63,012 bases of DNA, filler included, from Candidatus Nanoarchaeia archaeon (GCA_035290625.1; 6 parts of 6 records of this genome joined end to end with filler, not necessarily neighbours in it), one strand, 5' to 3'. Counted from the whole stretch's first letter, positions 51,930-62,140 are shown. Translations and numbers: made by a program. The notes: generated by a model from the sequence alone, not told the origin.

Positions 51930-52916
51930 CTAAGAAATAATCCCCTTCTCCTCATCAATCAGGCTCTGAAGGACCTCATCATGGCTGCAGGTGGCAACGC
52001 CTACCTTCTTTACAACGATGCCTGCTGCATGATTGGCGATAATCGCAGCCTCTTCCAAACCTGCTCCAGAGCAGAGAGAAAGCGCTAACGCAGCAACAAC
52101 AGTATCTCCTGCGCCGCACACATCAAACACTTCAGTAGCCCTGCTTGGAATATCTTTGATCCCTTCAGGAGAGAAAAGAGACATTCCCTTTTCTCCTCTC
52201 GTAACAATGAGCGGCGCTCCAAGATACTCTGAAAGTCTTCTGCCTGCAACATGGATATCTTCCTCTCCCTGGAGCATATCAAATACCTCCTTGGCGTTAG
52301 GAGTAACCAGGGTCGCTCCCCTGTAGGCTTCCTTATTCCTTGGTTTTGGGTCAACAACAAGAGGGATGTTCTTTTCTTCGCTTAGAGAGCGGAGGTACTC
52401 CATCAGTTCAGCGCTCACAACACCCTTTGCGTAATCACTTACAACAATGCAGTCAATCTCATCCCTGATATCATCTATCCTATTCCTAACCTTTTCAAGG
52501 ATTCCTAGAGAGAGGTGTTCCCTCTTTTCATAATCAGCCCGAATCAGCTGCTGGTTGCCCCCCATGACTCGAACCTTCATTGTTGTTGGCCTTGCGGGGT
52601 CAGCAATTAAGCTGTCGGGCGAAATCCCCTTTTCAATGAGGAGTTCGATGAGGCAATCACGGCCCTCATCGTTGCCGGTTACTCCAACCAAATGGACAAC
52701 GCCTCCTAAACTCGTTACATTATTCGCAACATTGGAGGCGCCTCCAGGAACAAAGCTTTCGCGTGAGACATCAACGATCTGGACTGGGGCTTCAGGAGAG
52801 ATCCTGCTCACATTGCCCCAAACATACTTGTCGAGCATCACATCTCCAATAACCAAAATATGCTTGTCTTTAAATTGATCAAGCATTCTCAGCATCTTCT
52901 CATATTCAGGATACAT
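51930..52916 (-). CDS. rfaE1: D-glycero-beta-D-manno-heptose-7-phosphate kinase (RfaE/HldE domain I)
   Basis: GDVMLDKY..RISPEAPV, SDYAKG, DVCGAGDTV. Confidence 0.93.
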   Translation of the reverse strand: MYPEYEKMLRMLDQFKDKHILVIGDVMLDKYVWGNVSRISPEAPVQIVDVSRESFVPGGASNVANNVTSLGGVVHLVGVTGNDEGRDCLIELLIEKGISPDSLIADPARPTTMKVRVMGGNQQLIRADYEKREHLSLGILEKVRNRIDDIRDEIDCIVVSDYAKGVVSAELMEYLRSLSEEKNIPLVVDPKPRNKEAYRGATLVTPNAKEVFDMLQGEEDIHVAGRRLSEYLGAPLIVTRGEKGMSLFSPEGIKDIPSRATEVFDVCGAGDTVVAALALSLCSGAGLEEAAIIANHAAGIVVKKVGVATCSHDEVLQSLIDEEKGIIS

Positions 52917-53495
52917 TTACACACCCCAGATCTCCTTGTCAACTGCCTCTAAAATAGAATGGATGCAGAGGATATGCATTTCCTGGATCCTCGCAGTTGT
53001 CTTGGAAGGAACTATGATATCAACATCAGCAATACTCTTCATTTTGCCGCCATCTTTTCCTAAAAACGAGATCGTTTTCATTCTCTTCCTTTTTGCTTCG
53101 TGCAGAGCCAACAGCACATTCTCAGAATTCCCGCCTGTGGATATCCCTACAAACACATCCCCTTCTTTTCCATATGCCTCAACCTGCCTCCTGAAAACAT
53201 CAGCATAGGATTCATCATTCGACCAGCACGTCATAATCGAGCTGTCCATTAAGTGATGAGCAGGCATCGCTCCTCTCCGGTTCTTGTATTGCCCAACAAA
53301 CTCTTCAACAAAGTGCATTGCATCACAGGTAGAGCCACCATTGCCGCAGGCATACAAATGGTTTCCTTTCCGGAACGCCTCAATAATCAGCTCAGCAGCC
53401 TTGGCAACTTTATCTGGAAGGCTCATGCTGTTTTGAATTGTCTGCTTATGCTCCTCAAATTGCCTGGTGATCAATTCTTGTATAGGATTCTGCAT
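52917..53495 (-). CDS. gmhA: Phosphoheptose isomerase
   Basis: CGNGGS, ISTGGNSENV, TARIQEMH. Confidence 0.93.
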   Translation of the reverse strand: MQNPIQELITRQFEEHKQTIQNSMSLPDKVAKAAELIIEAFRKGNHLYACGNGGSTCDAMHFVEEFVGQYKNRRGAMPAHHLMDSSIMTCWSNDESYADVFRRQVEAYGKEGDVFVGISTGGNSENVLLALHEAKRKRMKTISFLGKDGGKMKSIADVDIIVPSKTTARIQEMHILCIHSILEAVDKEIWGV

Positions 53496-53567
53496 GCTGA
53501 TCCCTTTATCGAGAGGTATTCCTGAGCGTTAATAAACATTGCGATTCGGGATTGATTGTCTGATTGA

Positions 53568-54248
53568 TCACACTCTCGATTGATTAGATTTTGGAGGAGT
53601 TTCTAACTTTTTGATCATATCTTCTGTGAGTTTATTATTCTCTGATGGATAATATTTTATTCTTAAACCAGCACGGTTTGATTCTATAAAGAGTATTCCT
53701 GAGATTAGAGCGTATCTTGGAATTTTTTCTATAACCCCATAATTTTCATTCAACATTAGCTGATCTTTTATATTCTGAGGATATTTTCTGTAATCATTCA
53801 AAAAACAATCAATTTCTACCTCATCTATACAAGAGCTATGTTGATTGTTAAAAATAACAAATATTATTGGTAAGTGAAATTTGTCAACATTCTTAAAATT
53901 GCCTTTACTTATCTTAGTATAGACCCTAGCACTAATTTTACCAGCAATCCCTCCAGAGATTACTTTAGTTATCCCGGGATGAAAGGCATCAATAGCATTA
54001 GGATCGTCTAAATCGTGTGCTGTTGTTACTTCCGCAACTATTCTTTGATTATCTAAGGTTAAAAGAAAGTCGGGGAATCCACAATTATCTGGTAAATTCT
54101 TTTTATCACATTCAACCAACTCATTTGTTTTAATCGCAAACTCAAATTCTCTCTTCGATATATAAGTGCTATATAGATTTTCAAATAGTCTTTCTGAATT
54201 TTTATCTTTACTTTGTTTCTTTTTTTCGATTAGACTAGTATCGTCCAT
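53568..54248 (-). CDS. AT-rich hypothetical protein with PD-(D/E)xK-like motif
   Basis: PDFLLTLDNQRIVAEVT; much more AT-rich than neighbours. Confidence 0.6.
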   Translation of the reverse strand: MDDTSLIEKKKQSKDKNSERLFENLYSTYISKREFEFAIKTNELVECDKKNLPDNCGFPDFLLTLDNQRIVAEVTTAHDLDDPNAIDAFHPGITKVISGGIAGKISARVYTKISKGNFKNVDKFHLPIIFVIFNNQHSSCIDEVEIDCFLNDYRKYPQNIKDQLMLNENYGVIEKIPRYALISGILFIESNRAGLRIKYYPSENNKLTEDMIKKLETPPKSNQSRV

Positions 54249-54459
54249 TAATTCAGGTAATTGAATTTATTATTAAAAATTTACCTCTTTTAGTTTCAAA
54301 ATGCCCGTGGACTGGCTGTACTTAAATAGTAGTAACTATAGTCCTGCCATTGCTTCTTTTACTTAATTGCTCTTCGAGCGTTGTACGCATACGACCAATG
54401 ATACGCACAATCATCCAAAAACAGAAACCTTTATTAAAAACAGAGGCAAGAAGCAGAAT

Positions 54460-55260
54460 ATGGTCTTCGAGCAGTTCTTTAAGACAGAATGGCTTCAGCG
54501 CCGGCCCTTGGACGCTTTTTTGCTTGGAGCCCTCTATTCCCTTATGGGCATCATCAGCGCCAAGCTGATCTTTGGAAGAAATCCGAGCTTGATGACAGTC
54601 GCATTTACATCAATTCTCCTTATCCCGTCATTAAACAGCCTGATGCGCCAGGAAGCAAGAACCATTATCAGGGAAAACATTTCCTGGACAGCACTGTTCC
54701 GGAACCATAAAACAACCTTTATCACCTATATCTTTCTTTTTTTAGGAATCTTCACGACCTTCGCTGCAATTTCGATAAGCCTCCCGAGCAATTCAGTGCT
54801 TGCTCTTTTCTCCACCCAGCTTGAGGCGGCAAACATTGCTGGAAAGGCAGCTGATCCGAGCTGCAATTATCTGGGAATCGACTTCGGCAACCGCTTTCTC
54901 TGCATTGTCTTCAACAATATCATCATCTTCTTTATCTGCTTTCTTTTGTCTCTCGTTTATGGAGCTGGGGCTGTCCTTTTCATCACGTGGAATGCTTCTG
55001 TATGGGGGGTGGCATTCGGCTTTGCGGCGAGAACCCTCATCATACCTGCCTTTCCGCACATGATTACAGAAGCAGCATCCTACCTCTCAGCTGCGATAGC
55101 AGGAGGAGTTCTTTCAAAAGCGGTTATCCATGAAAAGCTTGGGTCAAAGAATTTCTACAGGATTCTGGGGGACTCACTGATACTATTTGCGATTGGATTT
55201 TTTCTCGTCATCATTGCCGGGTATCTTGAGGTGTATGTGTTTCCGTTCATACGGGGGTAA
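54460..55260 (+). CDS. Stage II sporulation protein M-like (DUF95) membrane protein
   Basis: IVFNN, WNASVWG, PHMITEAASY..AAIAGG. Confidence 0.82.
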   Translation: MVFEQFFKTEWLQRRPLDAFLLGALYSLMGIISAKLIFGRNPSLMTVAFTSILLIPSLNSLMRQEARTIIRENISWTALFRNHKTTFITYIFLFLGIFTTFAAISISLPSNSVLALFSTQLEAANIAGKAADPSCNYLGIDFGNRFLCIVFNNIIIFFICFLLSLVYGAGAVLFITWNASVWGVAFGFAARTLIIPAFPHMITEAASYLSAAIAGGVLSKAVIHEKLGSKNFYRILGDSLILFAIGFFLVIIAGYLEVYVFPFIRG

Positions 55261-55332
55261 GCGAGTTTTTCGTAAGATGATTAAGGATTCGGTTACACAA
55301 GTAATTATACGGGTTAGTTTTAATTATAAATG

Positions 55333-56445
55333 TTAGTTCTTGCCAAGGAATTTTCCAACAGCCCCCATCACATCATCAACACTAATGTCTTTCATGCAGT
55401 CAATGCCTGGATAGGGCCGTTTATAGGATCCTTCATAAATCTTGATGAATGGGTATCCTGGAGCTGGCTTGAACAAAGAGATGCTCCTTGGCCCATAGGG
55501 GCCAAAAATGACCGGGCTCTCTGGGCCGTAAAGACCTATTGTGGGGATGGCCTGCGATGCTCCTAGATGAACAGGTCCAGTGTCATTTGAGATGATAAGG
55601 GAGCACTGGTCAACAAAGGCTATTGTCTGGCCAAGCTTAAACCCGCAGGTATGCCAGGTTGTATGAGGAATCGTCTTCTGGATAGACTCAATCAGTGCTT
55701 GCTCCTCCTTTACTCCAATAAAAACAATATCCATGTTGGAATGCTCAATAAGAGTCTTTGCAATTTCAGCGAATCTCTCAGCTTTCCATCTCCTTTCAGG
55801 GACAGCAGGCCCAGAGCCAGGGCAGATGCCAACAATCTTCTTGGTTATGCGGTTCCTTGCTATGAATGCTTTGACAAATGAGACAGATTCTTCCGAAGTT
55901 GCGATCCTCACGAGGCTGTCATCAACATCTCCATTTCCCAACGGCTTGACAAACTCCAGATTATTCAGCAATGCGTGTTTCTCTGGGTCAAATATGACAC
56001 TTTGTGAATAAAGCCTGGCCCTCCTCTTCAGATTCCCAAAGCCGATCCGGAAGGGAGCGGCGACATATGAAAATATGCATGAGATCATCAGCCAGTGCTC
56101 GAAATCAAGGCAGAGGTCAAATTTGCCCACTATTGCCCGAAAGCATCTGAAAAGGCTCTTCATGTCCAGATCAACAAAAATGAGATTATCAATATCGGGG
56201 TTTGAATAGAACAAGTCCTTATTCTTCTCTGGAGCCAATACCGTTATCCTGCTTCCCGGGATTCTTTTTTTTATCTCACGAATGCATGGCAGGACATAGA
56301 TGTTTGATCCAATGCCCCAGAACATAATCACCAGGATACGAGGATATTCAGGTATCTTGGCTTTCCTTCTTGGGATCTTTGCAAGAATGGAAGTAAGGAA
56401 GCTCCCCACATACCTGTCTATACGTTTAATCATATCATAGCGCAT
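55333..56445 (-). CDS. Glycosyltransferase family 9 (heptosyltransferase-like)
   Basis: ICPGS..ERRW, ISNDTGPVHLG, GLYGP. Confidence 0.92.
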   Translation of the reverse strand: MRYDMIKRIDRYVGSFLTSILAKIPRRKAKIPEYPRILVIMFWGIGSNIYVLPCIREIKKRIPGSRITVLAPEKNKDLFYSNPDIDNLIFVDLDMKSLFRCFRAIVGKFDLCLDFEHWLMISCIFSYVAAPFRIGFGNLKRRARLYSQSVIFDPEKHALLNNLEFVKPLGNGDVDDSLVRIATSEESVSFVKAFIARNRITKKIVGICPGSGPAVPERRWKAERFAEIAKTLIEHSNMDIVFIGVKEEQALIESIQKTIPHTTWHTCGFKLGQTIAFVDQCSLIISNDTGPVHLGASQAIPTIGLYGPESPVIFGPYGPRSISLFKPAPGYPFIKIYEGSYKRPYPGIDCMKDISVDDVMGAVGKFLGKN

Positions 56446-56490
56446 TTGCCTGCAGAACTAGCCTGGTCTTTTAAATCTTATTTCTTTTGA

Positions 56491-56731
56491 GGTTCAGTAG
56501 CAAGTCAATCGGCAGTGGCTTGCAAGCGAGCAAGGCGAGCTTGCTCGCTAGCCACCGGCTCGCTTGTGCCTGCAGCTGCGATTGCTGACATCCCCGAAGG
56601 TGCTAAAAAGAGCCATGCTCTTTTGGCACACCAAAACGCCCGATGGCGTTTTGATTGAGGCAACCCTCTGTCAGCCCAGCTTATGATTGTGAGGAAGCTC
56701 GCTGAAAGGGTGCCAGACTTGCTACTGAGCC
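56491..56731 (-). mobile_element. Structured hairpin MITE-like element, copy E9 (241 bp, two extra modules)
   Basis: GGTTCAGTAGCAAGTC/GACTTGCTACTGAGCC; TSD TTCTTTTGA/TTCTTTTGG; colinear with E11. Confidence 0.9.
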
Positions 56732-57063
56732 TTCTTTTGGACGCTTTCAAATGCAGTTTTTCTTACAATCTCCTCAAGCTTCCTCTGGTTTTGGCGAACC
56801 AAGGCATAGGTATAAAACAGGGATCCTATGAGGAACATGAAGCCTGCAATGATATAAAAATCAAGCGGCCGCTGGAGCGCAATGATGTCTACAACAAAGC
56901 CGCTGAGGGCTGTTGGGAAGAGTGTGATAAGAATAAAAAATATCCATAAGAACATCCAGGCAAGGTACTCTTTATTGGTAAAATGGCTGCGCTTTTTGTT
57001 AAGAAATGCCAAGTACATCATGAACATTGCGAACAACACGCCAAGTATCTGGACTCCGAGCAT
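56722..57063 (-). CDS. DUF2304-family membrane protein
   Basis: Three TM helices, FP..RPLD, KLEEIVRK; stop codon lies inside E9. Confidence 0.85.
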   Translation of the reverse strand: MLGVQILGVLFAMFMMYLAFLNKKRSHFTNKEYLAWMFLWIFFILITLFPTALSGFVVDIIALQRPLDFYIIAGFMFLIGSLFYTYALVRQNQRKLEEIVRKTAFESVQKKAQ

Positions 57064-57114
57064 AGCCTTCAGGCTTTTGTGGAATTTTTTAAATGTATCG
57101 GTTAGAACAACTAC

Positions 57115-57253
57115 TGTGCTATCCTGAAAGTATTTCCCTTCGATAGCTTAATTCGTTTCATGTTTATTAAGCCTCCTTTTTCATCTTCCTGACAAATGCC
57201 TGCTCTGGAGTTTCCAGAATCTCGAAGCGTAAGCTTCGATGCGGTCTTACCTC
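57115..57253 (-). mobile_element. IS481-like right end, second copy (cut by contig end)
   Basis: Identical to 15600-15737; transposase stop at 57167-57169. Confidence 0.75.
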
Positions 57254-57353
57254 NNNNNNNNNNNNNNNNNNNNNNNNNNNNNNNNNNNNNNNNNNNNTTA
57301 ATTAATTAANNNNNNNNNNNNNNNNNNNNNNNNNNNNNNNNNNNNNNNNNNNN

Positions 57354-57495
57354 ATCCTGCCAAGTCAGCGATTTCCTGTTGTGTTTTCCCTTGGTTTGCC
57401 CACTTAAGGACAAGTTCGCGTGTTTGAAGGTTTAACATGCAAACAAGAAAACACAGATACTATATAAACTATGCGTTATTTTTGTCTTATACTAG
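57354..57495 (-). mobile_element. Probable IS left end with HTH transposase N-terminus (IS630-like)
   Basis: Minus ORF from 57438 MLNLQTRELVLKWANQGKTQQEIADLAG into the gap; candidate terminus ...GTCTTATACTAG. Confidence 0.45.
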
Positions 57496-57548
57496 TTGGG
57501 CGGCAAAAACCATAACACTAATAAATCCCCCTAAAAAACACTCCCGTT

Positions 57549-58619
57549 ATGATTGATGAGCGGGAGAAGAAGCTGGCTCACATCTTTGTGAACCATTCTC
57601 TCACAGTTAAGAAAGGAGATATCATCAAGATAACATGCGGGATCGAGGCGAAGAGCCTTGTTTTGGAGACCTGCAGGCTGATTCTGGAGAAGGGAGCAAT
57701 ACCGAGAGTGGATGTTGATCTCCCGGGATTTGCGTATACATTTTTCAAGCATGCTCCTCCTGAAGTCCTAACCACCTACCCGAAAATCGCTGATTACGAA
57801 GCAAGGAATGTTGACGGGATGATCCGGATCAGCTGCGACCGGAATACCCGGGAGATGAGCTCGATTAATCCAAAGAAGCAGGCTGAACGCAGGCTTGTGA
57901 CAAAGGAGATTTCTGAGATTACCCTCAAGAAAGACAATTGGGTCATCTTTGACTATCCTACAGAAGCCCTTGCCCAGGATGCTGAGATGAGCCTAGAGGA
58001 ATTTGAGGATTTTGTATACGGAGCCTGTCTTGTTGATTATGACGAGATGTCAAGGAAAGAGGATATCCTCAAGGAGGTTCTTGACAAGGGGAATGATGTC
58101 CATATTGTTGGAAAGAACACTGACCTGAGGTTTTCCATCAAGGGAAGGGAAGGAATCAAATGCTGCGGGAACAGGAATATTCCGGATGGCGAGTGCTTTA
58201 TTGCGCCAGTTGAGACTTCCACGGAAGGGCATATCGAATACGATTTCCCTGCCATTTATGGGGGAAGAGAAGTGGATGGCGTCAGGCTGGAGTTCAAGGA
58301 GGGGAAGGTTGTAAAGGCAACAGCAAAGAAGAATGAAGCATACCTCAATGAAATGCTGAACATCGACAAGGGAGCGAGATATCTAGGAGAATTCGGCTGG
58401 GGGATCAATTACGGCATCAAGAAGTTTGTCAAGCAGATCCTGTTTGATGAGAAGATTGGAGGCACGATCCATCTTGCCTTAGGAATGGCGTATAAGCAAG
58501 GAGGAGGGGTCAATGATTCGGCGCTCCACTGGGATATGATCAAGGACCTGAGAAAAGAAGGGGCAGTGTATGTTGATGGGAAGTGCATTATGAAGGAAGG
58601 GAAGTTTACGATATTCTGA
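57549..58619 (+). CDS. Aminopeptidase, M29 (AmpS/PepS) family
   Basis: NIPDGECF, LGEFGWG, LFDEKIGGTIHLALG, SALHWDMI. Confidence 0.95.
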   Translation: MIDEREKKLAHIFVNHSLTVKKGDIIKITCGIEAKSLVLETCRLILEKGAIPRVDVDLPGFAYTFFKHAPPEVLTTYPKIADYEARNVDGMIRISCDRNTREMSSINPKKQAERRLVTKEISEITLKKDNWVIFDYPTEALAQDAEMSLEEFEDFVYGACLVDYDEMSRKEDILKEVLDKGNDVHIVGKNTDLRFSIKGREGIKCCGNRNIPDGECFIAPVETSTEGHIEYDFPAIYGGREVDGVRLEFKEGKVVKATAKKNEAYLNEMLNIDKGARYLGEFGWGINYGIKKFVKQILFDEKIGGTIHLALGMAYKQGGGVNDSALHWDMIKDLRKEGAVYVDGKCIMKEGKFTIF

Positions 58620-58663
58620 ATTCTTGTAAGACACTTTTTCCGCTTTGAGCCCGATTGATGGCC

Positions 58664-60880
58664 TTACGCGTGCCTCATCTTTCCTTCAAGGGCAAGCCTC
58701 GCAAGAAGGTAAGAAATCGTCGACTCTGCCCCTTGGTTGAGATTGATCGAGGATTCTCCGACTCCGTCCTGGCATCCGCCTGTGGACTCATCATACACCA
58801 TCTGCCTGAGCGAGTTCTTTCCGAGGAACCATTGGAATGCGATGCTTGCCTTGTCAAGATAGTCCTTATCCTGGGTGATTGCGTAGGCTGCAACCAAGGT
58901 CTGGACCATGGAAGAGGCGTCAACTGGCTGCTGGTCGAAGTGAGCCCTTTGACCGTTGCGGAAATACCAGCCGTTCTGGCCTACAGGCACAAATGTCCCT
59001 TTTTCAAAGGTAATGGAGATGAGGAAGTCCAATGCCCTTTTTCCAACCCTGAGGTATTCCTGATTCTTTGTCGCGTCATATGCAAACAGCAGGGCTTCAG
59101 GAAGCTTGCTGTTGGAGTAGGTCAAATTGCTTTCAAACCATTCCCAGTCTTCCTGGCTATTTGACTTAAACAAGCTGACAAGCAGGTCTGCATACGATTG
59201 GATAGCATTTCGGATCTGCCGGGCTGGCCTGACGGCATTGCAGAGATACAGCCCAAGGATCATGAAGGCGGCTGGCCGCGGCTCTGTCAGTCCATTCGCA
59301 GGAGCCAATGCTTTGCGAAAGGTCTCTTCCGCCTGCTGCTTCAGGTCTTGGGAGATTTCAGGCCGGGAAATCAGGTATCCAAGCGCCCAGACTGCCCTTC
59401 CATGGGCGTCTCTGCTCCAGTGCTGCATGTTAATCTTTCTGTCATGATCAACGTGATTGTAAAGCTTTCCATCCGGAGCCTGGACGTAGCTGATAAAATT
59501 CAGGTATGTCCTGATTAGCCGAAGCATGACCGGGCTTTGCCTGTCCTTGTATCTCCTGCAGCAGACAATTAAGGCTCTGGAATTGTCATCCAAGGTGTAT
59601 CCCGAGGCCTTGTCCGGAGCAGTGTGGTTAGAGAACTGGATCACGCCAAATCTGTCTGTCATCCTCATGAGATGCGTGAGCTTGAGCTTTGGAAGCTTCT
59701 TCTCATCCCTTGCCCCTATATCCTCCTTGAATACATTCATATAGGATAAAGCTATGTTTGGCCAGAGCATCTTGCGCGTTGCTGCATAAGCATTTCTTTC
59801 CATCTCTTTTCTCAGCTGCTCATGGGTGATCAGCTTGGTAATGGCATCAGTGAACTGCTTCGGCTTTCCGAAATCCACAAGAATGCCGCGATCCGGAGTT
59901 ACTGCCTCCTGCGCATGGAGGAAAGGAGTGGAAACCACTGCCCTGCCGCATCCCATGGCATATGCCAATGTTCCGCTTACAATCTGGTTCGGATTCAAAG
60001 ACGAGGAGATGTAGATGTCTGTTGCCTTGAGGTATTGCACAATCTCCTGAAGCCGGAGGTATTTATTGTAGAACTTAACGTTTTTCTCCAATCCGAAGCT
60101 CTTAACCCTCTCGGTAAGCTCGTTCCGGTAGCTCTCTCCCTGCTCCCTCCTCACCACTGGGTGAGTCTGGCCAATGATGAGGTATACCACATTCGGGTGT
60201 TTTTTAACAACTTCTGGAAGGGCCTGGATCACGTGCTCGTAACCTTTGCCAGGGCCCATCATGCCGAAGGAGGTCAGGACAATCTTATCTCCAAATCCCA
60301 ACCGCTCTTTTTCCTTCCTGCTGGAAACAAAAGGACATGCCGGGATGCCGTGAGGGACAACGGTGATCTTTGAGGAGATGCCATAGTCATTCCGGAGAAT
60401 GTCGACAGCAGTTGCAGTAGGCACGATGATGTGGCTTGCCTTTTCTGCAATTCCCTGAACGACTTTCCTCAGCTTGTCTTCGGGCTGGGGCAGGACGGTG
60501 TGGAAGGTCACTACAATCGGCTTCTGCAGAACTTCAAGGAAGGCGATGATGTAGTCGCCGTAGATGCCGCCGAAGATTCCGAATTCGTGCTGGATGTTGA
60601 CGATCTTTATTGCGCCATTCTCGTTGATCTTTCTGGCAGCGTCGACGTATTCCTGGATATCAGTATCGCTCACCTGGTAGATGGCGTCTTCGGGATAATT
60701 GTAGATATTAACATCTTTGTTCAAAGCAAGAATCTTGGATTTCAGCTTTGGATTGAATTTGCGGTCCATCGCTTGCGTCAAATCTTTGGTGAAGGTCGCA
60801 ATTCCGCATTCGCGGGGCGGAAAGGTGCTGACGTAGAGGATGAACGAGGGCTTTTCTCTGCCTTTCATTGTCCAGCTCAT
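58664..60880 (-). CDS. GT4 glycosyltransferase fused to a six-hairpin glycosidase-like domain
   Basis: FPPRECGIATFT, QHEFGIFGG, SGTLAYAMG, GYTLDDNSRAL, FDQQP, NQGAEST. Confidence 0.92.
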   Translation of the reverse strand: MSWTMKGREKPSFILYVSTFPPRECGIATFTKDLTQAMDRKFNPKLKSKILALNKDVNIYNYPEDAIYQVSDTDIQEYVDAARKINENGAIKIVNIQHEFGIFGGIYGDYIIAFLEVLQKPIVVTFHTVLPQPEDKLRKVVQGIAEKASHIIVPTATAVDILRNDYGISSKITVVPHGIPACPFVSSRKEKERLGFGDKIVLTSFGMMGPGKGYEHVIQALPEVVKKHPNVVYLIIGQTHPVVRREQGESYRNELTERVKSFGLEKNVKFYNKYLRLQEIVQYLKATDIYISSSLNPNQIVSGTLAYAMGCGRAVVSTPFLHAQEAVTPDRGILVDFGKPKQFTDAITKLITHEQLRKEMERNAYAATRKMLWPNIALSYMNVFKEDIGARDEKKLPKLKLTHLMRMTDRFGVIQFSNHTAPDKASGYTLDDNSRALIVCCRRYKDRQSPVMLRLIRTYLNFISYVQAPDGKLYNHVDHDRKINMQHWSRDAHGRAVWALGYLISRPEISQDLKQQAEETFRKALAPANGLTEPRPAAFMILGLYLCNAVRPARQIRNAIQSYADLLVSLFKSNSQEDWEWFESNLTYSNSKLPEALLFAYDATKNQEYLRVGKRALDFLISITFEKGTFVPVGQNGWYFRNGQRAHFDQQPVDASSMVQTLVAAYAITQDKDYLDKASIAFQWFLGKNSLRQMVYDESTGGCQDGVGESSINLNQGAESTISYLLARLALEGKMRHA

Positions 60881-60923
60881 TGAGGAAGTTCTTTATAAAA
60901 CCTCTGTTTTGGAACTCTGTTTT

Positions 60924-61086
60924 GGCTCGGGTGAAAATGAAGGCCGCATCATCCGTGAGCCTTCTTTACAAAAAGATACCACAACGACAAGGGGGATGTC
61001 CCTGACGGGGATATGTCGCTCCTTGCTCACATACGCACAAGGCGAACTCGATGCTGCCCGAACGAAGCGAGATTTTCACCAGAGCC
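60924..61086 (+). mobile_element. Structured hairpin MITE-like element, copy E10
   Basis: GGCTCGGGTGAAAAT/ATTTTCACCAGAGCC; GCATC/GATGC; core CGACAAGGGGGATGTCCCTGACGGGGATATGTCG; DR TTTTGGCT overlapping the left end. Confidence 0.85.
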
Positions 61087-61108
61087 TTTTGGCTGTGCAT
61101 CAGACTTT

Positions 61109-62140
61109 TCAGCTCAGGCTGTCTTTCTCATGGATCAGCTCGTGGACCAGCTCGTCAATGTCGCAGGAGACTGCTGCGATGCGCTTGTCTGCTGCGCCAT
61201 AGTAGATGTACAGCCTGCCGTCAAACCTTGCAGTCCCTGTCGGGAACACCACGTTCGGGACATTCCCTTTTTTTTCCCACTCCTTCTCCGGAGAAAATAA
61301 GGGATGCTTGAGATGGCCTATGACCTTTGTTGGGTCTTTCTTGTCAAGCAGGGCTGCCCCCGCCCTGTAGATCCTGCCTTTGTCCATGTCGTCCACACCG
61401 TGGTAAATCAGGAGCCATCCCTTTTCTGTCTCGATAGGCGGGCAGCCTCCTCCGATGTTCCTGACCTCATACCAATACTCTGATTCGAGGACAACATACC
61501 TGCTCAGATTCCTGAGGTAGGCCTTCCAGTAGCTTGGGGTGAGGTCGCTGAATTTCCTAAAATAAATGACCTGGATATCAGGGAGTATTCTGTGAAGAAG
61601 CGCATACCTGCCATTGATCTTTCGCGGGAAGAGGATGCCGTCTTTTTCCCAGAGAAGGACATTCTTCCCGACAATATCCTTGAAATAAGATTCGAAGAGG
61701 AAGTAGCGCTCCTTAAGGCCGTTGCACTGCCTGAAAAGATCCTCTGCCTTATCGTAGGTGAGCTCAGGGGAGAGCACTCCCATCTTTTGCCACGTCATAA
61801 GGTCCTTGCTTGCAGCGCATGCAATCCGGCAATTCTTCTTATCATAGGCAGCATAGGTCATATAATATGTTCCATCGATGTGGACTATCCGGGGGTCTTC
61901 AATGCTATACTCGGACCTTCCTGAAGATGTTAGAACCGGCTTTTTCATCCGCTCAATAACCCTGAGGGGGCCATCGAGCCTGCAGTATCCTATCGTCGAG
62001 CGGTTTTGGGTGTTCCAAGCCCTGTAGAACATATGCAGGTGGTTCCCTTTCTGGGCAACCGCAGGGTTAAAGACTCCCTTGTTCTCAAAGGGGAGGCTTG
62101 TCGGGCTGAGAATAATTCCATGGCGCCGAATATGAACCAT
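61109..62140 (-). CDS. GH130/PH1107-like glycosidase or phosphorylase
   Basis: GVFNPA, EDPRI, KDGILFP..ALLHRI, LIYHGV, NVVFPTG, YYGAAD. Confidence 0.92.
   Translation of the reverse strand: MVHIRRHGIILSPTSLPFENKGVFNPAVAQKGNHLHMFYRAWNTQNRSTIGYCRLDGPLRVIERMKKPVLTSSGRSEYSIEDPRIVHIDGTYYMTYAAYDKKNCRIACAASKDLMTWQKMGVLSPELTYDKAEDLFRQCNGLKERYFLFESYFKDIVGKNVLLWEKDGILFPRKINGRYALLHRILPDIQVIYFRKFSDLTPSYWKAYLRNLSRYVVLESEYWYEVRNIGGGCPPIETEKGWLLIYHGVDDMDKGRIYRAGAALLDKKDPTKVIGHLKHPLFSPEKEWEKKGNVPNVVFPTGTARFDGRLYIYYGAADKRIAAVSCDIDELVHELIHEKDSLS

Noticed and set aside
15738..57353. Five TTAATTAATTAA motifs within N runs
   Set aside because: Artificial contig linkers with stops in all frames; not biological.
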